Assembly (NCBI GenBank): GCA_001793235.1
Contig: MGHM01000004.1
Location: 34,467 to 98,466 of the forward strand
DNA from: Candidatus Woesebacteria bacterium RIFCSPLOWO2_01_FULL_44_24b
GTDB taxonomy: Bacteria; Patescibacteriota; Microgenomatia; UBA8517
Direction: 5' to 3'
Length of the DNA: 64,000 nt
Shown: piece by piece, positions 21,810 to 31,126 of the stretch
Layout of the letters: every line of letters begins with the position of its first letter
How positions within the stretch are numbered: position 1 is the first letter of the stretch
Made by a program: the position numbers and the translations under genes
The notes under the pieces: generated by a model
Seen by the model: only the letters and a program-made list of their open reading frames with translations
What the model was told of the DNA's origin: nothing
The model's database searches: none

Positions 21810-23135
21810 TTATTCTTCATCCAGGAGGCCCCATCTGCTCAGAACTTCATTCTTAAGCTGCCTAACTCTCTCGTGACCTATCCCATATCTCTGGCCAATT
21901 TCTTTTAAAGTTGTTTTGCTGGACGCGGCAGATAATTCATAATATTCCACAATAACATTGTAACTTCTTTCGTCAGTTGCTCTAAGATTTTCAAGGGCGT
22001 TATCATTATCAGCAAGATAACTAACCAATCTTCGCCACATTTCCCAGCGCCCAATTGGCAAATCCTCGGGAGGTAACTTTTCACCCACTATAAATCCATT
22101 CCTGAATTCATCCCATTGTATTCTATCTGTCTCAGCTCGTTTTACCCTCTCTAATTTATTCCGAAGTGCTTTAGCCCGATCGACATATCTGCTGGCAACT
22201 ATGTCTGTGAATCCAAGATTCAACAATACTGCGTTTGAGCCATTCTGAACTGAATGATAAGAAATACCAAGTTCTTCTGCTATCTTAACCATTGAATTAG
22301 ATTTAGACGAGAGAAACATAGCGTCGGCAACATCGATTTCTGGGAATTCATATTTTCTTAGTTCTGCTAGAAACAGCTTTTTTTCTGGATCTTTTAAAGC
22401 CTCAACAACAAACTTTCTTTTGTTTTCATGCTCTTCAGTTATTATCCCTTCGTCATAGTACACACTGTTTCTGTCTCTTTGAACTCTTATTTCGATACCC
22501 TTTTCAGACAATATTTTTTTTGCAGCTTGAGAAACATGCGTCGTCATAATAGAAGGGGGGACCTGAATAACCTCTAATTCTGGAGCCTGGTCAAGTATAC
22601 GCTCTAAACTTGACTGACTGAGAAGTGGTGGTTTTGAAATATGAAGTATCCTTGTCTTCCTGTTTATTGCGGCCAAATCTTCAAGCTCTGATACCTGTAA
22701 ATACCCCTTGCTTGCAAGATATCTATCATCAGGTTTGTCACTTTTGTCAATTTTAAGCCTGCTACGACGTCGTGGCTGACTATGAGTGGGACCGAAATCT
22801 TCTTGCGATTCTTCTGCGTGTTCGATGCCAAGTAAGTTCTCAACCTCACGTTTATTAGTTTGAACTTGTTTTCTAACAAATGCCAATATCGTATTGTCTC
22901 CTAAGTCTTTTTGAGGAGTTGTCAATAAGTCAGACAATTTTTGGTCTTGGTCAAGTTCATCCCAAAATGCTTTAATTGACCCATCCGAAGTCACAAAATC
23001 ATAGACTCCTCTAACTGCTTTTAACATAATGTCATTTGCCTCATCGCCAAGTTCCGGTTCCAAAACCCTGCAAAGATTTTGGTAAAACTCAGATTCAGGT
23101 AATTGATAGTTTAAGTTGCGTTCAGTCGATGTCAT
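21810..23135 (-). CDS. hypothetical protein with two C-terminal sigma-70-region-4-like HTH motifs. It is a single-gene insertion within the uvrB 3' end
   Basis: 441 aa. The C-terminal half contains NSMVKIAEELGISYHSVQN and TLKEIGQRYGIGHERVRQLKNEVLSRW, both region-4-like. The N-terminal 240 aa are unassigned. The ATG overlaps the uvrB stop (ATGA). Confidence 0.55.
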   Translation of the reverse strand: MTSTERNLNYQLPESEFYQNLCRVLEPELGDEANDIMLKAVRGVYDFVTSDGSIKAFWDELDQDQKLSDLLTTPQKDLGDNTILAFVRKQVQTNKREVENLLGIEHAEESQEDFGPTHSQPRRRSRLKIDKSDKPDDRYLASKGYLQVSELEDLAAINRKTRILHISKPPLLSQSSLERILDQAPELEVIQVPPSIMTTHVSQAAKKILSEKGIEIRVQRDRNSVYYDEGIITEEHENKRKFVVEALKDPEKKLFLAELRKYEFPEIDVADAMFLSSKSNSMVKIAEELGISYHSVQNGSNAVLLNLGFTDIVASRYVDRAKALRNKLERVKRAETDRIQWDEFRNGFIVGEKLPPEDLPIGRWEMWRRLVSYLADNDNALENLRATDERSYNVIVEYYELSAASSKTTLKEIGQRYGIGHERVRQLKNEVLSRWGLLDEE

Positions 23136-25144
23136 TCTAATTCTCGTACTTTATCCCTAATTTCAATTGCCAACTCGAAGTTAAGAGCCTCGGCGGCGAG
23201 TTTCATCTCCCGCCTTAACTTTCTCGCCAGCCTTTTTTTGTCCATCGGGGTAAGAGCATCAAGTTCAATATCGGGAAGCCTTGCATAAGTAATATCCCGG
23301 TCCTCAAGGGCCAAACTGGCAGCTTCTACATCGCGGTCAACAAGTTTTTCGCGGATTGGCTTTTCAATCGGCGTTGGAACGATGCCAAGTTTTTTATTCA
23401 TAGCAAGCTGATACTCTCGCCTGCGATCAACTTCGTCTAAAGCCCTCTTCATGGAGCCTGTGATACTGTCGGCATACAAAATCACTTTACCTTCAATGTG
23501 GCGCGCGGCACGGCCCATTGTCTGAATCAAGGTGACATCGCTTCGCAAAAAACCCTCTTTGTCGGCATCCAAAATCGCGACCAAAGAAACCTCTGGCAAA
23601 TCAAGGCCTTCACGAAGCAAATTTATCCCCACCAAACAGTCATATTTGCCGCTTCTTAAGTCATCCAGAATGTCAGTTCTATCAAGAGTGTGCACATCCG
23701 AGTGCAGATAGGCTACATCAATACCCTGCTCTTTCAGGTATTCCGCCAGGTCCTCGGCAGTGCGCTTGGTCAAAGTAGTCACTAAAGTTCGCTGGCCTTT
23801 TAATTTTTTGAGTTTAATTTCTTCAATTACATCAGAAACTTGAGTTTTAATCGGGCGCACTTCCACCTCCGGGTCGGGAATCCCAGTTGGCCGTACAAGC
23901 TGCTCAACAATATTTTTCTTCCCGGACATAGTCTTTTCCCACTCTGCCGGTGTTGCCGAAGTCGCAATAAATCTCGGGATTCTACGCATAAATTCTTCAA
24001 AAGTTAATGGACGGTTGTCGTAGGCAGCAGGAAGCCTAAAGCCATAATCAATTAAAGTTTTCTTCCGTGACAAATCCCCCGCATACATGCCACGAACTTG
24101 GGGGAAAGAAATGTGCGACTCATCGGCTATGACGAGCCATTTATTTCCATAAGCCTCCTGAAAGTAGTCCAAGAGGCTGTGGGGGGCATCTCCGGGAGCA
24201 CGGCCGTCAAAGTATCTGGAGTAATTTTCAATACCTTTGACATAGCCGATTTCCTCAATCATCTCAAGGTCATAAGTAACTTTTTGCTTTATTCTATTGG
24301 CCTCAAGAATCTTGCCCTGGCTCTCAAAAAACCCAACTCGCTCCGTGAGGTCAGAACGGATTTTTTCAAAAACCTGCTTGTTGTTTGTTGGATCTGTAAT
24401 AAAGTGCTTAGAGGGAAAAAGCATAAAGGCGGTGGACAGCTTTTCAAGAAGCTTGCCCGAAATCGGATCAATTATATTCACAGTCTTAATTTTGCCTTCT
24501 GCAATCTCTAAGTCCACACCTTGATCCTGATAGGAAGGGAAAATTGAAATAGTGTCACCACGGACGCGAAAAGTGCCTCTATGGAAGCCAAACTCACCGC
24601 GCTCATATTGAAGGTCAACGAGCCTGTCAATTATTTGCTCACGGGTGATGCGCATTCCGGGGGCAAACTCAAAAACGAATTTGCCGTACTCTTTTGGTGA
24701 ACCGATATTATAAATACAGCTGACCGAGGCTACAACTATCACATCTTTTCTGGTTAAAATATTTGCCGTTGCCTCAAGCCTGAGCTTATCTATTAGCTCA
24801 TTTATATCTGAATCTTTTTCAATATACGTGTCTGTTGAGGGAATGTAGGCTTCTGGTTGATAGTAATCATAGTAGCTCACGAAATAGCTCACAGCATTTT
24901 CCGGGAAAAAATCCCTGAACTCCTGATAAAGCTGGGCGGCCAGAGTTTTGTTGTGAGAAATTATTAAAGTCGGCATCTGAAGCTTCTCGATAGTATTGGC
25001 AACCGTAAAAGTTTTTCCAGAACCGGTTACACCAAGAAGAACTTGATACTTCTCGTTATTTTTTACTCGCTCAACAAGTGCATCAACAGCTTTCTTCTGA
25101 TCACGCACCGGCGAGAATCTTGATTTAATCTTGAATTTCCCCAT
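23132..25144 (-). CDS. uvrB: excinuclease ABC subunit B
   Basis: Contains helicase motifs (GVTGSGKTF), a beta-hairpin region and the C-terminal UvrC-interaction helix ...FELAIEIRDKVRELE*. Confidence 0.95.
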   Translation of the reverse strand: MGKFKIKSRFSPVRDQKKAVDALVERVKNNEKYQVLLGVTGSGKTFTVANTIEKLQMPTLIISHNKTLAAQLYQEFRDFFPENAVSYFVSYYDYYQPEAYIPSTDTYIEKDSDINELIDKLRLEATANILTRKDVIVVASVSCIYNIGSPKEYGKFVFEFAPGMRITREQIIDRLVDLQYERGEFGFHRGTFRVRGDTISIFPSYQDQGVDLEIAEGKIKTVNIIDPISGKLLEKLSTAFMLFPSKHFITDPTNNKQVFEKIRSDLTERVGFFESQGKILEANRIKQKVTYDLEMIEEIGYVKGIENYSRYFDGRAPGDAPHSLLDYFQEAYGNKWLVIADESHISFPQVRGMYAGDLSRKKTLIDYGFRLPAAYDNRPLTFEEFMRRIPRFIATSATPAEWEKTMSGKKNIVEQLVRPTGIPDPEVEVRPIKTQVSDVIEEIKLKKLKGQRTLVTTLTKRTAEDLAEYLKEQGIDVAYLHSDVHTLDRTDILDDLRSGKYDCLVGINLLREGLDLPEVSLVAILDADKEGFLRSDVTLIQTMGRAARHIEGKVILYADSITGSMKRALDEVDRRREYQLAMNKKLGIVPTPIEKPIREKLVDRDVEAASLALEDRDITYARLPDIELDALTPMDKKRLARKLRREMKLAAEALNFELAIEIRDKVRELE

Positions 25145-25145
25145 G

Positions 25146-25223
25146 AAGCATCATTATACAATATTTGCTACTTGACACGTTCGGGTAATGTTAGTAGTAT
25201 GATTTTACAAACAAAATACAAAC
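25146..25223. promoter_or_regulatory. divergent uvrB / lexA control region with an extended -10 for uvrB, a TTGACA-17-TAGTAT promoter for lexA and a conserved candidate operator
   Basis: Plus strand reads ATCATTATACAATATTTGCTACTTGACACGTTCGGGTAATGTTAGTAG. The 19-mer GTTCGGGTAATGTTAGTAG (25179-25197) sits in the lexA promoter spacer and is near-identical to the 19-mer upstream of uvrA. There is an imperfect inverted repeat CTACTTGACA-N11-TGTTAGTAG. Confidence 0.5.
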
Positions 25224-25850
25224 ATGGCACCCATACTTTACAGACGTCAGAGACAAATTGTTGATTTTATACAGCAATATATTCAAGCAAATAGTACAGC
25301 CCCAACACTTCGCCAAATCGCCGATGCCATCGGAGTATCTTCACTCGCCACAGTCCATGAGCACCTTGCATCTTTGCAATATAAAGGCATAATCAAGCGA
25401 AAATCCGGGAAAAACCGATCCATTGAATTGGTAGACAAAACTCTCGACTTTCATATGGAAAAGGCAGTAGAGGTTCCAATTCTTGGCTTCATTGCCGCAG
25501 GTAAACCAATTGAGCCATACACAGACCCGCATGCAAAAATATTTATTGGCCCGGCATTTATATCGAGTAAAAAACGTGTTTATGTACTTCAAGTCCGCGG
25601 GGAAAGTATGATCGAGGAGCAAATCCGCGACGGGGATTATGTTGTTGTTGAAGAAACCGAGGAAGCCAGAAACGGCCAGATAGTGGTGGCGCTTTTAGAT
25701 AACGGCATGGCAACCTTAAAGCGCTTTTTCAAAGAAGCCACCAGAATCCGCCTTGAGCCAGCAAACGCTACAATGGCCCCGATTTTCGTCAAAAACGTCA
25801 CCATTCAAGGTAAAGTCGTCGGGCTTATCCGAAAATACCACTCAACCTAG
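25224..25850 (+). CDS. lexA: LexA repressor (S24 peptidase)
   Basis: N-terminal winged HTH, Ala-Gly cleavage site (IAAGKPIEP), catalytic Ser (VRGESM) and Lys (ATLKRF). Confidence 0.85.
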   Translation: MAPILYRRQRQIVDFIQQYIQANSTAPTLRQIADAIGVSSLATVHEHLASLQYKGIIKRKSGKNRSIELVDKTLDFHMEKAVEVPILGFIAAGKPIEPYTDPHAKIFIGPAFISSKKRVYVLQVRGESMIEEQIRDGDYVVVEETEEARNGQIVVALLDNGMATLKRFFKEATRIRLEPANATMAPIFVKNVTIQGKVVGLIRKYHST

Positions 25851-25851
25851 A

Positions 25852-27519
25852 CTATCTTCTTCTGGTTCTCATAAGTGGAGCCAGTAAATTTCTACCAGTC
25901 ATTGCCGTTGCCGGAGAAACACCCAATAGCGCGCAGATGGTTGGCGCAATATCGGCCAATATCCCAAAAGGAAGCATTTGAGCCTTACCAACAAAATCCT
26001 TCGAAACCGCGATAAAGGGAACCGGGTTATTGCTGTGCTCAGTGCTCACTTCCCCGTTATGCATAATCATTTCCTCGGCATTGCCGTGGTCGGCAGTAAC
26101 AAGCATGACTCCTCCGTAAGCCAGAATAAAGCGGGACAGCTCCCCAATGCATGCGTCAACCGCTTCCACCGACTTTATTGCTGCAGAGAGGTTTCCGGTG
26201 TGCCCAACCATGTCGGCATTGGCGAAATTTACCAGGGCAAAGGAATAAACATGATCTTTAACAAGTCTTGTGTATACCGCGCGAGTTAATTCGTAGGCAG
26301 ACATTTCTGGCTTTAAATCATACGTTGCCACTTTCGGGGAGGGAACTATAATCCTATCTTCACCCATATCAGCTCGCTCGTTTTGACCATTAAAATAGTA
26401 GGTTACAAATCTTTCCTTTTCGCTCTCTGCGGCCCGAAGCTGCCTCATGTTATTTAAGGCAACCACTCTACCTAGCGGCATTTTTACATTTTCAGGCGGA
26501 AAAGCAACTTTTGCTCCAAGCCCGCTAAGCTCACGGCTATACTCTGTCATCATTACAAAAAAAAGATTGGAGATTTTTGGCCCGCGCTTAAACACAATGG
26601 TGTCTTTTTTGGGAGGCTCGTGCTTATGCTCATATTCCACGGCGTATGGGTCAAATTCGCGTGCTTGACTGGCTTTCTCAAAATTATCCATTACAAAAGC
26701 TCGCGTAAGCTGCCGAGGTCTATCAATTCTGAAGTTAAAAAAAATAACTGAGTCGCTTGCTCCAATCACCGCTTTAGGCTTACCACTGGAATTAACTATT
26801 AGCGTGGGCTCTATAAACTCATCAGAAATCGAGTTCTCATACGAAAGTCTAATGGCTTCCTCCACGCTGGCAGATTTTTTGCCTTCACCTTTTGTAAGCG
26901 CGAAATAGGCTTTTTGGGTTCTGTCCCACCGAAGATCTCTATCCATCGCCCAATAGCGCCCCATAATGGATGCAATTTCTCCGATGCCTTCTTTTGCGAG
27001 AACCTCTTTAAGCTGGGAAACATAAGCCATGCTTGCGTTGGGCGGGGAATCTCTTCCGTCGGTGAATATATGAATAAAAAGGTTTTTGACTCTCTGGGTA
27101 TGGGCAAGATGAATAAGAGCAAAAAGATGCTCGATGCTTGAATGCACTCCCCCTGGTCCTAGAAGACCCATAAAATGAAGCTTGGTGTTGTTTTTTGTAC
27201 TATACCTGCAAGCGGCAAGTAGTGTTTCATTCTCAAAAAACGCGCTATCCGCTATGGACATGTTAATGCGAGCCAAATCCTGATAAACTATCCTTCCCGC
27301 TCCCAAGTTCAAGTGCCCCGTTTCTGTGTTTCCCACTTCACCACGAGGTAGCCCGACCGCTTCTCCGGAGGCTCTAAGCTGGGTATGCGGATAAGCCACC
27401 CAAAAACGATTGATGTTTGGAGTCTTTGCCTGGCTGATTGCGTTACCCGGCCCTGCGGGAGCCATCCCCCAGCCATCCAAAACCGTAAGGAGTACAAAGG
27501 GCTTTGAAATTACGGTCAT
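25852..27519 (-). CDS. gpmI: 2,3-bisphosphoglycerate-independent phosphoglycerate mutase
   Basis: Metalloenzyme domain pattern LTVLDGWG...TGHLNLGAGR...ADHGN. Confidence 0.9.
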   Translation of the reverse strand: MTVISKPFVLLTVLDGWGMAPAGPGNAISQAKTPNINRFWVAYPHTQLRASGEAVGLPRGEVGNTETGHLNLGAGRIVYQDLARINMSIADSAFFENETLLAACRYSTKNNTKLHFMGLLGPGGVHSSIEHLFALIHLAHTQRVKNLFIHIFTDGRDSPPNASMAYVSQLKEVLAKEGIGEIASIMGRYWAMDRDLRWDRTQKAYFALTKGEGKKSASVEEAIRLSYENSISDEFIEPTLIVNSSGKPKAVIGASDSVIFFNFRIDRPRQLTRAFVMDNFEKASQAREFDPYAVEYEHKHEPPKKDTIVFKRGPKISNLFFVMMTEYSRELSGLGAKVAFPPENVKMPLGRVVALNNMRQLRAAESEKERFVTYYFNGQNERADMGEDRIIVPSPKVATYDLKPEMSAYELTRAVYTRLVKDHVYSFALVNFANADMVGHTGNLSAAIKSVEAVDACIGELSRFILAYGGVMLVTADHGNAEEMIMHNGEVSTEHSNNPVPFIAVSKDFVGKAQMLPFGILADIAPTICALLGVSPATAMTGRNLLAPLMRTRRR

Positions 27520-28791
27520 TTAACTTAAAGTTAGCTCAATTTCGATGGAGCTGAGTCTATTGTATTTTACAACTCTCTCTCCGCGTGCCGGAGCTCCAAA
27601 TTTTACATAGTCCGCACCAATTCCCACTGCAAACTCCGCAATAAAGGTGTCGTTGGTCTCTCCCGAGCGGTGAGATACTATTACTTTCCACCCAGCCGAG
27701 CGGGACATCTTAACTACATCCAGGGTTTCCGAAACCGTTCCGATCTGATTAGGTTTTACTAAAATGCCATTACATGCGCCCTCCGTTATCGCTTTTTGCA
27801 CACGTTTAGGATTTGTAGCTAAAATGTCATCCCCCACTATTGTTACCTGATTCCCTAAAACCTGCTTTATCTTCTTCCACCCTTCCCAGCCATCCTCGTA
27901 AAGCGGATCCTCTAAAACTGCCAGGTGATACATGCTATTTATTTCTTTGTAGTACTCAATTAATAAGTCCTCATTCAAGGGAGCAGACTTGTCGCGAATT
28001 GTGTAGACGTTATTTTCATAAAAAGAATCAGCCGCCACATCCAACCCCAAAAATACATCCCGTCCCAATTGGTAACTGGTCTGGCGAATTGCCTCCACCA
28101 AAACCTCGAGAGCATCTGCGTTTGTAAATAAGTTGGGTGCATAGCCTCCCTCATCACCAACCGAGTGAATGGCGCCGCGGTGAGCTAAATTTTCACCAAT
28201 CAAAAGATAAACCTCGACTCCCATCCTGAGCCCTTCTGAAAATTGTTTAGATGAAGCCGGAATAACGAAAAATTCCTGAAAATCAAGGTTGCCCGCCCCA
28301 TGAAGCCCTCCGTTTATCATGTTAAAAAGCGGGGTTGGAGCGTGCATTCGCGCCTCAATGCCATGAGCTACCGCAAGTTTATTAATCCATTGATACAAGT
28401 GAAGCTTTTGAGCCATGGCACCGGCTTTACAGACCGCCATCGATACCGCCAGAATGCTATTAGCTCCAAGCCTTGACTTGTTTTCCGTTCCGTCAAGTTC
28501 AATCAATTTTTTATCAATCCCCAGCTGGTCAGTGGCATCAAAACCTGCAGTCGAAAGCGTAGGGCTAATTATCTGGTTAACGTTATTAACAGCTTTTAAG
28601 ACGCCTTTACCGCGATAGCGTGAGGTGTCTTTGTCACGCAGCTCCAAGGCTTCATGCGAGCCGGTAGATGCTCCTGAGGGCACTGAAGCCACGGCCACGA
28701 TTCCGCTATCCAGCTGGCAGGCAGCCTCAACCGTCGGCGTTGCTCTTGAGTCTAATATTTCTCTGGCCCAAACTCGTTGTATTCTTGGCAT
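27520..28791 (-). CDS. eno: enolase
   Basis: Conserved pattern ...SGETEDTFIA(E)FAV... Confidence 0.95.
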   Translation of the reverse strand: MPRIQRVWAREILDSRATPTVEAACQLDSGIVAVASVPSGASTGSHEALELRDKDTSRYRGKGVLKAVNNVNQIISPTLSTAGFDATDQLGIDKKLIELDGTENKSRLGANSILAVSMAVCKAGAMAQKLHLYQWINKLAVAHGIEARMHAPTPLFNMINGGLHGAGNLDFQEFFVIPASSKQFSEGLRMGVEVYLLIGENLAHRGAIHSVGDEGGYAPNLFTNADALEVLVEAIRQTSYQLGRDVFLGLDVAADSFYENNVYTIRDKSAPLNEDLLIEYYKEINSMYHLAVLEDPLYEDGWEGWKKIKQVLGNQVTIVGDDILATNPKRVQKAITEGACNGILVKPNQIGTVSETLDVVKMSRSAGWKVIVSHRSGETNDTFIAEFAVGIGADYVKFGAPARGERVVKYNRLSSIEIELTLS

Positions 28792-28792
28792 A

Positions 28793-31069
28793 TTATTTGA
28801 TTATATCTGCTTCAGTTCTGGCAATTACATCCCGAACTCGTTCAATCGCATCGGGGTTCACCGAAATACTTGTAATTCCATAGCGTACAAGCCGCTCAAC
28901 CAAGTCCTCATAGGTCGACGGTGCCTGGCCGCAAATTGAACTACTAATCTTATATTTATTGCATATCCTTATAGTCCTTCGCAAGGCCCAACGAACAGCC
29001 TTTGCGCGCTCATCAAAAGCTTCAGCCACTTCAGCGTTGTCGCGGTCCGTCCCCAATATAAGCATTGTCAAGTCATTACTGCCGATTGAAACCCCGTCAA
29101 TACCTACTTTTATGAAGTCCACTAGCTGAATCACATTAACCGGCAGCTCAACCATCATCCACAGTTTAAACGTAGAACTCTCAAAAAATCCCTCAGCGGC
29201 AATAAGCCTGCGAACTTTCGCAAGCTCCTCAGGCGAGCGGACATACGGAATCATCATCCACAGGTTGTCGTAATTTTCGCGGACCTTTTTGATGGCCTGA
29301 AGCTCCAGGTTGAAAACATCGGGGTGCGTTACATAGCGAAATGCTCCTCGAAAACCCATTAGGGGGTTGCTTTCCTCCGGCTCCCAAGCTTTGCCGCCGG
29401 GAAGTGCACGGTATTCATTGGTTTTGAAGTCAGTTGCCCGATAAACAACCGGTTTATTTTTGAAAGCCTCACAAAACTTGGTTAAGTCCCGGGCAAGTTT
29501 ATCGATAAAATCCTGCTGTTTTTTTTGCTTTATGGCCTCTTTGGGGTGAATACCGATGTTGGCAATCATAAACTCGGCGCGAAGAAGTCCTACGCCATCT
29601 ACGTGTCTTTTGGCAATTTCACGGACGCGGTCCGGCTCACCCAAATTAACATAAACCCGTGTCGCAGTTCTTACCTTTTTATATTTCTTTTTTCCGCCGG
29701 CTGGCGGATTAACTTCCTCTTTAACAACTTTCGCACCCATGTAAACTACTCCTTTGCCACCATCAACGGTTACTTTGTCGCCGTCTGAAAGCTTGGTTGT
29801 GGCTTCTTTGGTCCCAACCACACAAGGGACTCCAAGCTCGCGTGAGACTATTGCAGCGTGCGAAGTTAAGCCACCTTCGTTTGTAACAATTGCCACGGCT
29901 CGCTTCATTGCAGGCACATAATCAGGTGAGGTCATTGGGGCTACTAAAACATCCCCCTCGGTAACCTTTCCAATTTCTTTAGGAGACTTAAGAACTTTTA
30001 CAGTACCGCTTCCAATCCCCGGGCTTGCCGCTGCCCCTCGAAGAATCGGGGCATCTGCCATTTTCATGCCTCCTTCAGCCATAGATTTTGTGGTTCTTCC
30101 AATAGTTGTAACCGGACGGGTTTGGGTAATAAAGATTTTCTTACCGTTCTTTGCCCATTCAATATCCTGAGGGAAATAATAATGAGCCTGAAGCTTGGCG
30201 GCTAACTTGGCAAGAGCCACCACCTCTTCATTTGAGATCTTTTGTTTGTCGCGGAGGCGTTGGGGGACCTCCCTTTCCTCGGTCTTTTCACCGGTACGAA
30301 TTAACTGAACCCGTTGGTCGGAGATTTCCTTGGATAAAATCATAAAGGTTTCCTTTTGAACAACATAAGTGTCCGGGACTACCGAGCCTTGAACTATCAT
30401 TTCACCCAGTCCCCACACTGCCTCTACTATGATTTTGTCTTTGTCGTTCGTTACCGGGTCAATTGAAAACATAACTCCCGAAACTTCAGCAGGAACCATC
30501 TCCTGAACTATTACTGATATTTTTACCCGCTCGTGCTTGATTTTATTCTCTTCGCGGTAAAAAATAGCACGGGCCGTAAATAACGAAGCCCAACAGGCTT
30601 TTACGTTTTCCAAAAGGTTTGCATCCCCACGGACGTTCAGGTAAGTTGCCTGCTGACCTGCAAACGAGGCTCCTGGCAAGTCCTCCGCGGTAGCGCTTGA
30701 GCGAACTGCAACAAGCGCTCTTTTAAATCTCCCGGAGAGCTTCTTGTAACCTTTTATAGTCTCATGGGCAACAAGCTCAGGCATTCGGCAGGACACAATT
30801 TTCTTCTGAATTTTTCGCGAAGCATTCTCAAGGCTTTCAGGGTTTTTTACATCAGTATCGGCCAAAACATCATACAGATATTTTTGAAGCTCATTTTCCT
30901 CAATGAATCGGTCATAACCCTCAACCGTAATCGCAAATCCGTTGGGGACAGGAAACCCGGCCTGAGTCATTTCTCCGAGGTTGGCACCTTTTCCGCCTAC
31001 AATGGGGATATCGTGTTTATCAATTTCCTTAAAAAAAACTATGATAGGCCGGACAGCTGCCATACACAT
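28793..31069 (-). CDS. ppsA: phosphoenolpyruvate synthase (pyruvate, water dikinase)
   Basis: PPDK_N ATP-grasp region, a phosphohistidine domain (GGLTSHAAIVSRELGVPCVVG) and a PEP-utilising C-terminal TIM barrel. Total length 758 aa. Confidence 0.8.
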   Translation of the reverse strand: MCMAAVRPIIVFFKEIDKHDIPIVGGKGANLGEMTQAGFPVPNGFAITVEGYDRFIEENELQKYLYDVLADTDVKNPESLENASRKIQKKIVSCRMPELVAHETIKGYKKLSGRFKRALVAVRSSATAEDLPGASFAGQQATYLNVRGDANLLENVKACWASLFTARAIFYREENKIKHERVKISVIVQEMVPAEVSGVMFSIDPVTNDKDKIIVEAVWGLGEMIVQGSVVPDTYVVQKETFMILSKEISDQRVQLIRTGEKTEEREVPQRLRDKQKISNEEVVALAKLAAKLQAHYYFPQDIEWAKNGKKIFITQTRPVTTIGRTTKSMAEGGMKMADAPILRGAAASPGIGSGTVKVLKSPKEIGKVTEGDVLVAPMTSPDYVPAMKRAVAIVTNEGGLTSHAAIVSRELGVPCVVGTKEATTKLSDGDKVTVDGGKGVVYMGAKVVKEEVNPPAGGKKKYKKVRTATRVYVNLGEPDRVREIAKRHVDGVGLLRAEFMIANIGIHPKEAIKQKKQQDFIDKLARDLTKFCEAFKNKPVVYRATDFKTNEYRALPGGKAWEPEESNPLMGFRGAFRYVTHPDVFNLELQAIKKVRENYDNLWMMIPYVRSPEELAKVRRLIAAEGFFESSTFKLWMMVELPVNVIQLVDFIKVGIDGVSIGSNDLTMLILGTDRDNAEVAEAFDERAKAVRWALRRTIRICNKYKISSSICGQAPSTYEDLVERLVRYGITSISVNPDAIERVRDVIARTEADIIK

Positions 31070-31126
31070 TCATATTACTTAGGATTAACTCTTATGACAA
31101 GGCCCGTCTGACGGGCCAAGAAGTGT

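Noticed and set aside
25170-25200. Classical LexA boxes (CTGT-N8-ACAG, or Cheo box CGAAC-N4-GTTCG) in the lexA/uvrB spacer
   Set aside because: Only a single CGAAC/GTTCG half-site is present. No complete canonical box is found, so the conserved 19-mer is reported instead as a lineage-specific candidate.
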